Assembly: GCA_007134465.1 (NCBI GenBank)
Contig: SLKS01000018.1
Coordinates: forward strand, 1 to 55,427
Length of the DNA stretch: 55,427 bases
Direction of reading: 5' to 3'
Origin: Kiritimatiellia bacterium
GTDB taxonomy: Bacteria; Verrucomicrobiota; Kiritimatiellia; UBA8416; SLMC01
Shown here: positions 8,634 to 17,357 of the stretch, piece after piece
Layout of the letters: each line of letters starts with the position of its first letter
How positions within the stretch are numbered: position 1 is the first letter of the stretch
Translations under genes and position numbers: made by a program
The notes under the pieces: generated by a model
Told to the model about the DNA's origin: nothing
What the model saw: only the letters and a program-made list of their open reading frames with translations
Databases searched by the model: none

Positions 8634-8981
8634 GCGGTTCGTTGCCCCCAAAAGAGCCTTTGACACAGCGGGGCCCGCATGGTACGTGTCTTGGAGAGTG
8701 AACTGTGAACGGTCGGGGAGGCCCGCAAGACGCGCCATTGGCCCGAACCGACGCGCATGCAGGCAAATGGAGGGCGGCAGGCCCCTGCCGCCGTTCCGAT
8801 GCGGGAAAGGGGCATGGTTCAAAAAGGGTGTCGGATGGGTTTCATTGGCGTAAAGCAGAAGCGGCGCCTCGCCGCTTTCCCAACGCGGCGGTACATACGA
8901 GAGACTGTTGCCCTGATTTGAACCATGCCGGGAGAGGGCGCAAACGGCTCGGTGAATTGCGGAACGAGAGGTGGAGCGAAC

Positions 8982-10220
8982 ATGTCGGTATTTGCCTATG
9001 TTAACGGGGTCTTGCGAGCGGAAGACGTTTCGGTCGAGTCGCTGGCGGAAGCATACGGCACGCCGCTGTACGTGTACAGTCGGCGTGCCATGCGCGATCG
9101 GTATGCGGCTTTGACCGCCGCGCTGAAGGCCGTGGATCCGCTGATAGCCTATTCGGTGAAAGCCAATGCCAACCGCTCGGTATTGAGCGAATTTTTCGCT
9201 CTGGGCTCCGGCGCGGACATAGTGTCGGGAGGCGAGCTGTTCCGCGCGCTGCGCGCGGGTGCGGATCCGGCGAAAATCGTCTTCGCCGGAGTGGGCAAGA
9301 CGCGCGAGGAAATTGTCGCGGCCATCGAAAAGGACATTCTTTTCTTTACGGTCGAGTCCGAGCCGGAAACCGAACGCATATCGGCCTGCGCCAGCGCGGC
9401 GGGCAAGACCGCGCGCATAGCGTTTCGCGTGAATCCCGACGTGGATCCGCAAACCCATCGCTATATCACAACAGGGAAGAAGGAAAACAAGTTCGGCTTG
9501 GATCGCGCGCGCGTTGCGCAGGCTTGTCGCCAGGCGGTGCGGCTGCCGCATGTTTCCGTGGCGGGGCTGCACATGCATATCGGCTCCCAGATTCTTTCGC
9601 CCGAGCCCTTTGCCGAAGCGCTCGATTGCGTGGTCGGTTTGTGCGAAGAGATTCGCGGGATCTGTCCAGACCTGCGCTGGCTCGATATCGGCGGCGGCAT
9701 CGGCATTCCCTATCGGCCGGAGGAGAAGCCGTTCGACTTGGCGGCCTACGCCGGCCTGCTTGTGCCGAGGCTGAAGCGGTCGGGGCTGTCCGTCGTTCTG
9801 GAACCCGGCCGGTTCCTGGTCGGTCCGGCGGGAATTCTCGTGTGCCGGGTGCAGTACGTGAAGGAAAACGCCTTCCGCAAATTCGTGGTGGCCGATGCCG
9901 GCATGAACGATTTGATTCGCCCGTCTCTCTACGAGGCGTTTCAGTCGGTCGTTCCCGTGCGCGAAACCGAAGGCAGAATGTTCGGCGATCTGGTCGGCCC
10001 GATTTGCGAATCCGGAGATTTCCTGGCACGGGACCGCGAACTGCCGGAAGTTCGGGAAGGCGATTTGCTGGCCGTGCGCGATGCCGGCGCCTACGGATTC
10101 AGCATGGCTTCGAACTACAACAGTCGGCCGCGAGCGGCGGAAATCATGGTGGATGGCGACCGGGCGTTTCCGATTCGGACCCGGGAAACGCTGGAGGATC
10201 TTGTGCGGGGGGAATGCTGA
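8982..10220 (+). CDS. lysA: Diaminopimelate decarboxylase
   Basis: ORF 8925..10220 trimmed to MSVFAYVNG (RBS GAGAGGTGGAG). Motifs: YGTPLYVYS, AYSVKAN (PLP lysine), CESGD. Confidence 0.93.
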   Translation: MSVFAYVNGVLRAEDVSVESLAEAYGTPLYVYSRRAMRDRYAALTAALKAVDPLIAYSVKANANRSVLSEFFALGSGADIVSGGELFRALRAGADPAKIVFAGVGKTREEIVAAIEKDILFFTVESEPETERISACASAAGKTARIAFRVNPDVDPQTHRYITTGKKENKFGLDRARVAQACRQAVRLPHVSVAGLHMHIGSQILSPEPFAEALDCVVGLCEEIRGICPDLRWLDIGGGIGIPYRPEEKPFDLAAYAGLLVPRLKRSGLSVVLEPGRFLVGPAGILVCRVQYVKENAFRKFVVADAGMNDLIRPSLYEAFQSVVPVRETEGRMFGDLVGPICESGDFLARDRELPEVREGDLLAVRDAGAYGFSMASNYNSRPRAAEIMVDGDRAFPIRTRETLEDLVRGEC

Positions 10221-10290
10221 AGCCTGTTCGGAGCCGATGCTCGCGTTTTTGCGTGATCAACAGTTGCTTTCGGATATAAGGAGCGTGTAT

Positions 10291-10490
10291 GGGATCGTTC
10301 TCGTCCTCGTCCTCGTCCTCGGAATTGAAAGGAGTACACCGTGGAATACAAGCTCGACCACGGCAAATCCCTTTTGATACGCGTCGTCTCCATGCTTTCG
10401 AGATTAGTGGACAGGTTTTCGTCTCCGTCCCTCGTTAGGGAAGACCCGGCCCGGTACGGGATCGAGGACGAGGACGAGGACGAGGACGAC
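10291..10490. repeat. Long-range inverted repeat of (GAC GAG)n hexamers in the lysA-dapA spacer
   Basis: GGGATCGTTCTCGTCCTCGTCCTCGTCCTCGG (10291-10322) pairs with CGGGATCGAGGACGAGGACGAGGACGAGGACGAC (10458-10490). Confidence 0.7.
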
Positions 10491-10520
10491 AGCGCGGGCG
10501 CGGAAGACACCCTGAAATAG
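10341..10520 (+). pseudogene. Mini-ORF (59 aa), possible remnant of a four-helix-bundle (23S rRNA IVS-type) gene
   Basis: GTG lies 6 nt after AAGGAG. Translates to VEYKLDHGKSLLIRVVSMLSRLVDRFSSPSLVREDPARYGIEDEDEDEDDSAGAEDTLK. The middle helix resembles the last helix of that family. Recognition is weak. Confidence 0.2.
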
Positions 10521-10572
10521 CATGCGAACTTCCGGGTTGCGGGCGCAGCCTGGTCAACAAGGAGACCCCATC

Positions 10573-11442
10573 ATGTTCGAAGGCGTATATACGGCGATTG
10601 TGACTCCGTTCGACCGGCAGGGAGAGGTGGATTACGGGAAATTTCGAGAGCTGATCGCCATGCAGAAGGAAGGCGGCGTGGCGGGCATTGTTCCGGTGGG
10701 CACAACCGGCGAGTCGCCCACGCTGGACGTGCCCGAGCACGAGAAGGTGATTGAAACAGCGGTGCAGGCGGCCGGCGACACGCTGCAAGTCATCGCCGGC
10801 ACCGGCGGCAACGCGACATCCGAGGCGCTGGTTCTGACCCGTCATGCGCAGGAGGCCGGCGCCGCCGCCACGTTGCAGGTGACGCCCTACTACAACAAGC
10901 CCAGCCAGGAGGGTCTGTACCGGCATTTTTCAGCCGTGGCCGATGTCGGGTTGCCTGTCGTGCTCTACAACGTGCCGGGGCGGGTTTCCTGCGAAATTGC
11001 GGTGGACACGGTGGTTCGGTTGGCGGCACATCCGCGCATTGTCGCGCTCAAGGAGGCGGGCGGCAGCGCGGATCGTGTCAGCGCCATTTTAAGTCGTTGC
11101 GACATCGGGATTCTGTCGGGCGACGACGGACTCACGTTTCCGATGATGGCCCTGGGCGCTCGCGGTGTCATCAGCGTCGCCTCCAACGTGGCGCCGAAGG
11201 CGGTGTCCGAGATGGCGCGGCTGGCGCTGGCCGGCCAATGGGAAGAGGCGCGCCGCTTGCACTACAAGCTCTACCCGCTGTTTACCGATCTGTTTTTGGA
11301 CACCAATCCGGTTCCCGTCAAAGCGGCTCTGGCCATGATGGGTCTTGTCGAGGAAACGTATCGGCTGCCGCTGTGTCCGCTGTCGGATGCGAAGAAGGAG
11401 GCGCTGCGCAAGACCCTGCAAGCGCAGGGATTGGTGGCGTAG
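10573..11442 (+). CDS. dapA: 4-hydroxy-tetrahydrodipicolinate synthase
   Basis: ORF 10522..11442 trimmed to MFEGVYTAIVTPF. Motifs: GTTGESPTL, YNVPGR, VALKEAGG (catalytic Lys). Confidence 0.93.
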   Translation: MFEGVYTAIVTPFDRQGEVDYGKFRELIAMQKEGGVAGIVPVGTTGESPTLDVPEHEKVIETAVQAAGDTLQVIAGTGGNATSEALVLTRHAQEAGAAATLQVTPYYNKPSQEGLYRHFSAVADVGLPVVLYNVPGRVSCEIAVDTVVRLAAHPRIVALKEAGGSADRVSAILSRCDIGILSGDDGLTFPMMALGARGVISVASNVAPKAVSEMARLALAGQWEEARRLHYKLYPLFTDLFLDTNPVPVKAALAMMGLVEETYRLPLCPLSDAKKEALRKTLQAQGLVA

Positions 11443-11537
11443 GCCGAGATTTTCTCGCCATGCGCTCTGCCGCCCGCCGGCCTTGCGCCGGTGGAGGCAA
11501 ACGTTGAGCGGGGAAGGCGTTGCGCCCTCCCCATCAA

Positions 11538-11640
11538 CTTTCTTCACCGCCGGGACAAGCCAGGCGGGATCGTAAGATCGTCGCGAGCCGTCGCCGCCCG
11601 CCTAGCCTCTTTCTTCACCGCCGAGGCAAGCCCGGCGGGA
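11538..11640 (+). repeat. Two direct copies of a 32-bp hairpin module after dapA (a third, inverted, at 11471-11497)
   Basis: CTTTCTTCACCGCCGGGACAAGCCAGGCGGGA and CTTTCTTCACCGCCGAGGCAAGCCCGGCGGGA are separated by 39 bp. Each carries a CCGCC...GGCGG stem. Confidence 0.6.
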
Positions 11641-11711
11641 CCGGGGAAATGGCGCCAAGTCATTTTCCGAAAAAAAACAGCCTCCATCCGCGTTTTTCCC
11701 GGGCTGCCGGC

Positions 11712-12374
11712 TCAGCCCGCATTAAGACGGGCCGACGCGCGCAGGCCGAGAGGCGGGCCGAGAATTTCCTTGAGGGCGACAGCCTGGCGCAGATGATCTT
11801 TGCCGATCAGGGCGTCGCCGATTCCGCCGCGCAAGGCGCGCAAGCGCTGTTGACGCGCATCCGGCTTGTCGGCGAACGACTCGCCGTGGCGGACGTGCTG
11901 GAATTCGGGCTTTTTCGTCTTTGTCCAAACGTCCTTGGTTGCGGCCGGAGGAGGCGGTGGCGGCGGTGCAGGGAAGGTTGCCCTCTTCGTGGCGGGTCGT
12001 TTGCGCGCGGTTTCGGCAGTTGGTCGCGCCATGGCATAACTTGCGCGTCCGGCTGCCGGGAACGCCGTGCCGGCGCGTGTCGTCGTTGTTCTAGCTTGTC
12101 GCGGAACGGGTGGCGGCGCGGCCGACTTGGCGGGTTCAGCTTGCGACGACGGCGCGCCGCCGCTCAGGCCTTGCAGAAAACGCTGCAATTCATCCGACGG
12201 GTTCACGGGGTCGGCCCCGCTCGGCGCTGCCGCGCCGGGTTTGCGCGCGCTCCCGCTCTTTTGTTTGCGCGCCTTCATCGCCTGGGAAATCACTACAAAG
12301 ACGGTGACGATCACCCAGAACAGCGCGCCGCCGTTTTCGCCGTTGCCTAGAACGGGTTCGAAACCGAATAACAT
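11712..12374 (-). CDS. Hypothetical membrane-anchored proline-rich protein
   Basis: ORF 11712..12521 trimmed to MLFGFEPVL (GGGAGA RBS). It has one TM (ALFWVIVTVFVVISQAM) and a PPPPPPP tract. It lies downstream of floA on the same strand. Confidence 0.5.
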   Translation of the reverse strand: MLFGFEPVLGNGENGGALFWVIVTVFVVISQAMKARKQKSGSARKPGAAAPSGADPVNPSDELQRFLQGLSGGAPSSQAEPAKSAAPPPVPRQARTTTTRAGTAFPAAGRASYAMARPTAETARKRPATKRATFPAPPPPPPPAATKDVWTKTKKPEFQHVRHGESFADKPDARQQRLRALRGGIGDALIGKDHLRQAVALKEILGPPLGLRASARLNAG

Positions 12375-12463
12375 CGTACAAGTCTCCCGCCGCCGCACGC
12401 CATTCAATGACGAAACAGCCAAGCGCCAAAGCCCGAAACCCCTAAGCCCAAAACAAGGAGAAA

Positions 12464-12529
12464 CACGCCTTTTTCGGTATTTCGGATTTAGGATTTCCTT
12501 CGGGTTTGGGTCTTTCTTCATTCGTCATT
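12464..12529 (+). repeat. Dispersed repeat, family D, copy 1
   Basis: CACGCCTTTTTCGGTATTTCGGATTTAGGATTTCCTTCGGGTTTGGGTCTTTCTTCATTCGTCATT. Confidence 0.7.
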
Positions 12530-12664
12530 TATGGCGCGGTTCCATGGCTTGTTTCTTGTCCTGAAACGCCGTTAACAAAGCGCCGTTCGGGGCGGCCTGC
12601 CTGCCGCGCCCGTGTCGGAGGCGCGAACAGGCAGGCGGAACCCGCTTGTGTCCGGTTGTCGCCG

Positions 12665-13690
12665 TTAGGCGTCAGAGCCGTGTCCGGTTGTTTCATCGCC
12701 GGAGATGGCCTTGCGCATGGACGTATCGGCTTCGATATTCTGCATGCGATAGAAATCCATGACGCCGAGATTGCCCTCGCGGAAGGCTTGGGCCATGGCG
12801 CGCGGCACTTCGGCGCGGGCTTCGACGACTTTCGCGTTCATTTCCTGCACGCGCGCCTTCATTTCCTGTTCCTGGGCCACGGCCATGGCGCGCCGGCCTT
12901 CGGCTTCGGCCTGCCGCATTTTCTTGTCGGCCTCGGCCCGTTCGGTTTCGAGCATGGCGCCCACGTTCGCCACGTCGGCGGCGCCCGCCACGCTGATGTC
13001 GGCGATGTCGATCGAGACGATTTCGAAGCCTGTTTGCGCGTCGAGCCCGCTGGAGAGCACCTTGCGGCTGATCTGATCGGGGTTCTCGAGTACGTCCTTG
13101 TAGGTGAGCGAGGAACCGATGGCGCTGACGATGCCCTGGCCGACGCGCGCGATGATCGTGTCCTCCTGCGCGCCGCCGACGAGCCGGTCAATGTTCGCCC
13201 GCACCGTTACGCGCGCCTTGACCAGCAGACGAATGCCGTCCTTGGCCACGGCGTCCAGATAGCCGGACGTGCCCTGATCGTGCGAGGGGCAGTTGATGAC
13301 CTTGGGCTGCACGCTGGTGCGCACGGCTTCCATTACGTCGCGGCCGGCCAGATCGATCGCGGCGGCTTTCTGGAACGTGAGATCTATGTTGGCCTTGTCG
13401 GCGGCGATCAGGGCGTTGACCACGTTGATCACATCGCCGCCGGCCAGATAGTGCGCTTCCATATCGTCGGTTGCCACGTTCAGGCCGGCCTTCACGGTAC
13501 GGATGCGCGCGTCCACGATGAGCGCGGGCGGCACGCGCCGCAATTTCATGCCCACCAGCGACAGCAGCGACACGCGCGCGCCGGACATCAGCGCCCGTAC
13601 CCAAACTCCGATGAAATGGAAGAATATGCCGACAATCACCAGCACGATTATGCCGACAACGACAACGACGACTTTGACCAGATTTTCCAT
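12665..13690 (-). CDS. floA: Flotillin-like protein FloA (UPF0365/YqfA, SPFH superfamily)
   Basis: 341-aa ORF. N-terminal TM then [30 protein letters not shown] and an alanine/glutamate-rich coiled tail, characteristic of FloA. Confidence 0.85.
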   Translation of the reverse strand: MENLVKVVVVVVGIIVLVIVGIFFHFIGVWVRALMSGARVSLLSLVGMKLRRVPPALIVDARIRTVKAGLNVATDDMEAHYLAGGDVINVVNALIAADKANIDLTFQKAAAIDLAGRDVMEAVRTSVQPKVINCPSHDQGTSGYLDAVAKDGIRLLVKARVTVRANIDRLVGGAQEDTIIARVGQGIVSAIGSSLTYKDVLENPDQISRKVLSSGLDAQTGFEIVSIDIADISVAGAADVANVGAMLETERAEADKKMRQAEAEGRRAMAVAQEQEMKARVQEMNAKVVEARAEVPRAMAQAFREGNLGVMDFYRMQNIEADTSMRKAISGDETTGHGSDA

Positions 13691-13699
13691 AACGGCTCC

Positions 13700-14188
13700 T
13701 TAACTTGTTCCCGAAACGGGTTCGACAATTACTCGGTTGCCTTTCACTTCCACTACGCGAACGGCAGCGCCCTTTTCTACCATTTCGCCGGACGTTACCA
13801 CGTCCACGCGCCGTCCGTCAATAGCGCAGAAACCGGACGGCCGCAAATCGGACGAGGCTGCGCCCGTCTTGCCGATTAGCGCCTCCAGGCCCGCCTCCGT
13901 GCCTTTGAACTCGGCCAGATCCTTCTCCACGGTCATGCTTTTGCCCAGCCGCGTTTTAGGAAACACCTTGACCCAGACGGCGACGGCCACGCCGATCAGA
14001 AACACGATGCCGATCGCGACAACGGCGCCGTGTCGCGGAAAGGCGAAAAAGCCCGTGACAATGGCGGTGAGCAAGGCCAAGGCGCCCAGCGAGCCGAGCA
14101 CGCCGCCGGGCACGAAAATCTCGGCGCCCAGCAAAATCAGCCCCGTGGTCAGGGCAACGGCGAAAATTTGAACGGAAATCGCATCCAT
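13700..14188 (-). CDS. NfeD-family membrane protein (short form, C-terminal OB-fold)
   Basis: 162-aa ORF with 3-4 TM segments, then GFCAIDGRRVDVVTSGEMVEKGAAVRVVEVKGNRVIVEP (NfeD OB domain). It is adjacent to floA. Confidence 0.8.
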   Translation of the reverse strand: MDAISVQIFAVALTTGLILLGAEIFVPGGVLGSLGALALLTAIVTGFFAFPRHGAVVAIGIVFLIGVAVAVWVKVFPKTRLGKSMTVEKDLAEFKGTEAGLEALIGKTGAASSDLRPSGFCAIDGRRVDVVTSGEMVEKGAAVRVVEVKGNRVIVEPVSGTS

Positions 14189-14241
14189 AACATTTCCTGT
14201 CTTCTCACTATTGTGTCACGGGTCGCAGATCGCTTCTTCCC

Positions 14242-14307
14242 CACGCCTTTTTCGGCATTTCGGATTTAGGATTTCCTTCGTGCTTGGGTGTTTCGTCATT
14301 CGTCATT
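14242..14307 (+). repeat. Dispersed repeat, family D, copy 2
   Basis: CACGCCTTTTTCGGCATTTCGGATTTAGGATTTCCTTCGTGCTTGGGTGTTTCGTCATTCGTCATT. About 88% identical to copy 1. It overlaps the stop region of the NfeD protease gene. Confidence 0.7.
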
Positions 14308-15846
14308 GGTCGTCGGATCCGGCTCCACGACAATCCGGTTGCCGCGGGTTTCGACAATGCGAACGGGCGTGTCGGCCTCGATGAACTCGCCGCGGGAAAC
14401 GACATCCAGCTTTTTCCCGTCGAACTCGGCGATGCCCGCCGGATGCAACGCGGTGCGGGTTTTCCCGGTTGCGTCGAGCAAATGTTCCTTCCTGTCGGAC
14501 GGTCCATATCCCTTGTCCTGATCGAGCGATGCGAGCAGGGCCAGATGGGAATAGGCCGGACTGAATTCGAAGAGCCGGGTCAGCACGAGCATGCCAACGC
14601 CGGCAACGATGACGGCGCCGCCCAGATGGGCCAGCGCGTTGGACACCTGCATTTCCGGGAAGGCGAACCAGCCGGTTTCGCCCGGCAGACGACGGATCAT
14701 GGCGGCGAAAACGGAGCCGCCCATCAGAATCAGCCCCGCGATTCCGGTGACGCCGAAGCCGGGGATCACGAAAATCTCGAGCAGAAGCAGGCCCAGCCCG
14801 ACAATGAAAACCAGCGCCTCGATCGTGCCGCCTGTGCCCGCGATGTTCTGCGCCCAGAAATACAGCATGAACCCGAACAGGCCGATCACGCCCGGAATGC
14901 CGAAGCCGGGCGTGCGGATTTCGATATAAAGGCCCAGCACGCCCATGGCCAGGAACAGAACGGCCAGCAGCTTGGCGTAACGGATCAGCGTTTCGGTCGG
15001 GGTCAGCAGCGGGGTGACGATGCGGGTGTCGGCGCGGCCGATCATGTCCAGTAATTCGTCGAGATTTCGAGCGGTTCCGCTCGAAAGCAGAGGGACGGAT
15101 TTTCCGTTGCGCTCGACCATGCGCGCGGCTTCGTCGGTCGAGAGCGTAAGCAGCCGCCCGGCGGGGCTGAGTGTTTCCTCGCCGATTTTGTATTCGAATT
15201 CCGTGCGCATCATGGCTTCGATCAGGTCGGGATCGTAGCCTTTCTGCGCGGCAATGGATTGGATGAGCGACATGGAAGCGGAATAGGACTTTTCTTTCAT
15301 GTCGCCTTCTTTCAAGTCTCCAAAAGGCGTGACCAGCGCGCTGGCGCCAATGCGGCTTTGCGGAGCCATGTAAATGGCGTCGGTGGCCATGGCGATAAAC
15401 GCGCCGGCCGACAAGGCGTCCTTGTCCACATAGGTGTAGGTGCGGATGTCTTCGGGCAAATCCGCCAGCATGCGCATCAGGTGTTCGGTGGTTGTCAGCA
15501 TGCCGCCGGGCGTATTCATGTGCAAAACGATGACGTCCGCCCCGGCATTGCGAGCGCGTTCGAGCTGACGGTCAATGGCGAAAAGCATGCCCGATTCGAT
15601 CATGCCGCGAAGGGGAATGATATAGGTCGGAGAATCCGAGCCTGTCGGCCTTGCCGGCGGGCGCGCGGGTTCGGCGGGTGGCGGTTCCTGCGAAGCGCCG
15701 TCCGACGGCGGACTTGGCTCGGCGCTGTCGGCCGCCGTTTCCGGCGCGGCCTGTACGGTGTCGGCCGGATCGGCGCCGCGAACGTTTGCGCCGAACAGGC
15801 CGACAAGCCAGGCGCAGGCGACGAGGAAAACGAAAGCGGGTTTCAT
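14296..15846 (-). CDS. NfeD-like membrane-bound serine protease (ClpP-class N-domain + TM + OB-fold)
   Basis: ORF 14296..15864. It has a signal peptide, a ClpP-like region (IVLHMNTPGGMLTTT, AMATDAIYMAP), multiple TMs, and the C-terminal GIAEFDGKKLDVVSRGEFIEADTPVRIVETRGNRIVVEP. ATG at 15846 or GTG at 15864. Confidence 0.8.
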   Translation of the reverse strand: MKPAFVFLVACAWLVGLFGANVRGADPADTVQAAPETAADSAEPSPPSDGASQEPPPAEPARPPARPTGSDSPTYIIPLRGMIESGMLFAIDRQLERARNAGADVIVLHMNTPGGMLTTTEHLMRMLADLPEDIRTYTYVDKDALSAGAFIAMATDAIYMAPQSRIGASALVTPFGDLKEGDMKEKSYSASMSLIQSIAAQKGYDPDLIEAMMRTEFEYKIGEETLSPAGRLLTLSTDEAARMVERNGKSVPLLSSGTARNLDELLDMIGRADTRIVTPLLTPTETLIRYAKLLAVLFLAMGVLGLYIEIRTPGFGIPGVIGLFGFMLYFWAQNIAGTGGTIEALVFIVGLGLLLLEIFVIPGFGVTGIAGLILMGGSVFAAMIRRLPGETGWFAFPEMQVSNALAHLGGAVIVAGVGMLVLTRLFEFSPAYSHLALLASLDQDKGYGPSDRKEHLLDATGKTRTALHPAGIAEFDGKKLDVVSRGEFIEADTPVRIVETRGNRIVVEPDPTTNDE

Positions 15847-15985
15847 GGGGAAGGCATTATGCACAGGGGCGCTCGAAAGCCAAGTAGAAAATTAGCGGCT
15901 CTTTTTTCTTGCGGCACAGGCCGCAACGGGATAGGTTGGCGCCAACACGGTGGATTCAACTGCCTACAAGGCAAGGAGGCGAACC

Positions 15986-16237
15986 ATGGCTTCAGCGTTG
16001 CGCGACGAGATTGTCGAGTCCATGAAGAATTTCATTCGCGAGCACAACGGACAGGTGCCCACCACCATCTACTTGCCGTGGGAGAAGGCCTACGACCTGA
16101 TGAAGCTCGACGAGTACGAGCTGCCGGGCCTCTCGACGGAGCTGATGCGGCGCGGCGTGCTTGCGCTCAACGAGATGGCCCTGTTCGGCATGGAAGTCCG
16201 CGTGGATTACGAAAAGACCGAAATCGTGCTTACGTAG
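15986..16237 (+). CDS. Hypothetical small protein (83 aa)
   Basis: ORF 15950..16237 trimmed to MASALRDEIV, preceded by an AAGGAGG RBS. No family recognised. Confidence 0.45.
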   Translation: MASALRDEIVESMKNFIREHNGQVPTTIYLPWEKAYDLMKLDEYELPGLSTELMRRGVLALNEMALFGMEVRVDYEKTEIVLT

Positions 16238-17357
16238 ACGGCATGCCGAACATCTGTTCCTTGAGGTCGAGGTAGTAGAGGTAGTCTTCGGGGGACACGT
16301 CCGGCGGGCAGCGGTGGTCGCAGAACGGAATGTAGCCGCCGCGTTCCACGAGCGGGGCCAGCGTCTCCATGTAGGCTTTGATGGCCGTTCGGCCTTTGCG
16401 CATTTCCAGCTTGTCGAACCCGCCCATGATGCGCAGGTCTCTGCCGTATTCGCCCAGCAACTCGCCCGGATGAACGCAACTGTTGACTTCGTAGGGGAAC
16501 AGGCAGTTGATGCCGGCCTCGAGAAAGCCGGGCAGCAGCGGGCGCACGTCGCCGTCGCAGTCGGTGTACCACAGATCAACGCCGGCGGCGCGCAATTTCT
16601 TGCCGATTCGCTTGTAGCGGGGAACCACGACGTTGGTGAAGAAATCGAGACTCACGATGGGGCCGTTCTTGAAGCAGATGTCTTCCCAGCCGGACGCGTA
16701 GTCGAAATCCATGCGCGGCAAGACCTGATCGAGCGCATCCTCGACCAGCAGGCAGCAGGTTTCGACCATGTCTTCCACCATGTCGGGATAGTCGAAACAG
16801 GCGTAGGCCAGCCCCTCGAAAGTGAGCATGTCCCTGATCTTCCCGATCATCGAGCCGCAATGGATGCCGAGCGGCCAGTCGCGGTCCGGCGGATGGCGCC
16901 GGCGCAGGCCCTCCACGTCTATGCGGCGGGCTGGATCGTCGCGCTGGAACCGCTCCTCCTTGCAGCGTTTCCAGTCGTCCGGCGTGACGATGCCGGCCTT
17001 GAGAAAGTGCGGGATGGTGTCGTGCCCGTCTTTCGGGACTTCGGCCAGCAGTCCGTCGCGATTCCGCAGGATGCGCTTGTCGCCGGATTCCTCGACGACC
17101 GTTTCCTCGAACGGGGGCGACATCCAGACACAGGGCCTGAAAACTTCGATGCGGTCGAAGCTGAAGAAGATGTCGGCTTCGCTGTTGCGGCGGATGCCGT
17201 TGTCCTTGAACAGCGGCCACAGCTCGAAGTTCTCGTTCCAGTAGCCGAACTCCATATTGAAGCAGCGATCCACCGGGCGGTAGCTCATTTGGTTGCGGAA
17301 CCGTTCCCGGTCGGTCAGGGTTCCCTTCCACTTCGGTCGGCATGGTTGGATGCTCAT
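16230..17357 (-). CDS. Uroporphyrinogen-decarboxylase (URO-D)-like family protein, function unknown
   Basis: 375-aa ORF. The general URO-D/MtaA-like TIM-barrel look (N-terminal TDRERF..., C-terminal GGYIPFCDHRCPPDV) is recognised from memory only. The start overlaps the pfp stop (ATGA). Confidence 0.55.
   Translation of the reverse strand: MSIQPCRPKWKGTLTDRERFRNQMSYRPVDRCFNMEFGYWNENFELWPLFKDNGIRRNSEADIFFSFDRIEVFRPCVWMSPPFEETVVEESGDKRILRNRDGLLAEVPKDGHDTIPHFLKAGIVTPDDWKRCKEERFQRDDPARRIDVEGLRRRHPPDRDWPLGIHCGSMIGKIRDMLTFEGLAYACFDYPDMVEDMVETCCLLVEDALDQVLPRMDFDYASGWEDICFKNGPIVSLDFFTNVVVPRYKRIGKKLRAAGVDLWYTDCDGDVRPLLPGFLEAGINCLFPYEVNSCVHPGELLGEYGRDLRIMGGFDKLEMRKGRTAIKAYMETLAPLVERGGYIPFCDHRCPPDVSPEDYLYYLDLKEQMFGMPST

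Noticed and set aside
8925-8981. GGAGAGGGCGCAAAC upstream of lysA resembles the AGAGGNGC start of the lysine riboswitch.
   Set aside because: It lies only ~40 nt before the lysA ATG. The other conserved riboswitch elements I recall are not found downstream in the right order. This needs an Infernal scan to be certain.
11538-11640. A repeat-spacer-repeat geometry (32-bp repeats, 39-bp spacer) that resembles a minimal CRISPR array.
   Set aside because: There are only two direct copies, which are imperfect. A third copy is inverted. No cas genes are present. The units are GC-rich hairpins like the other REP-type modules in this window.
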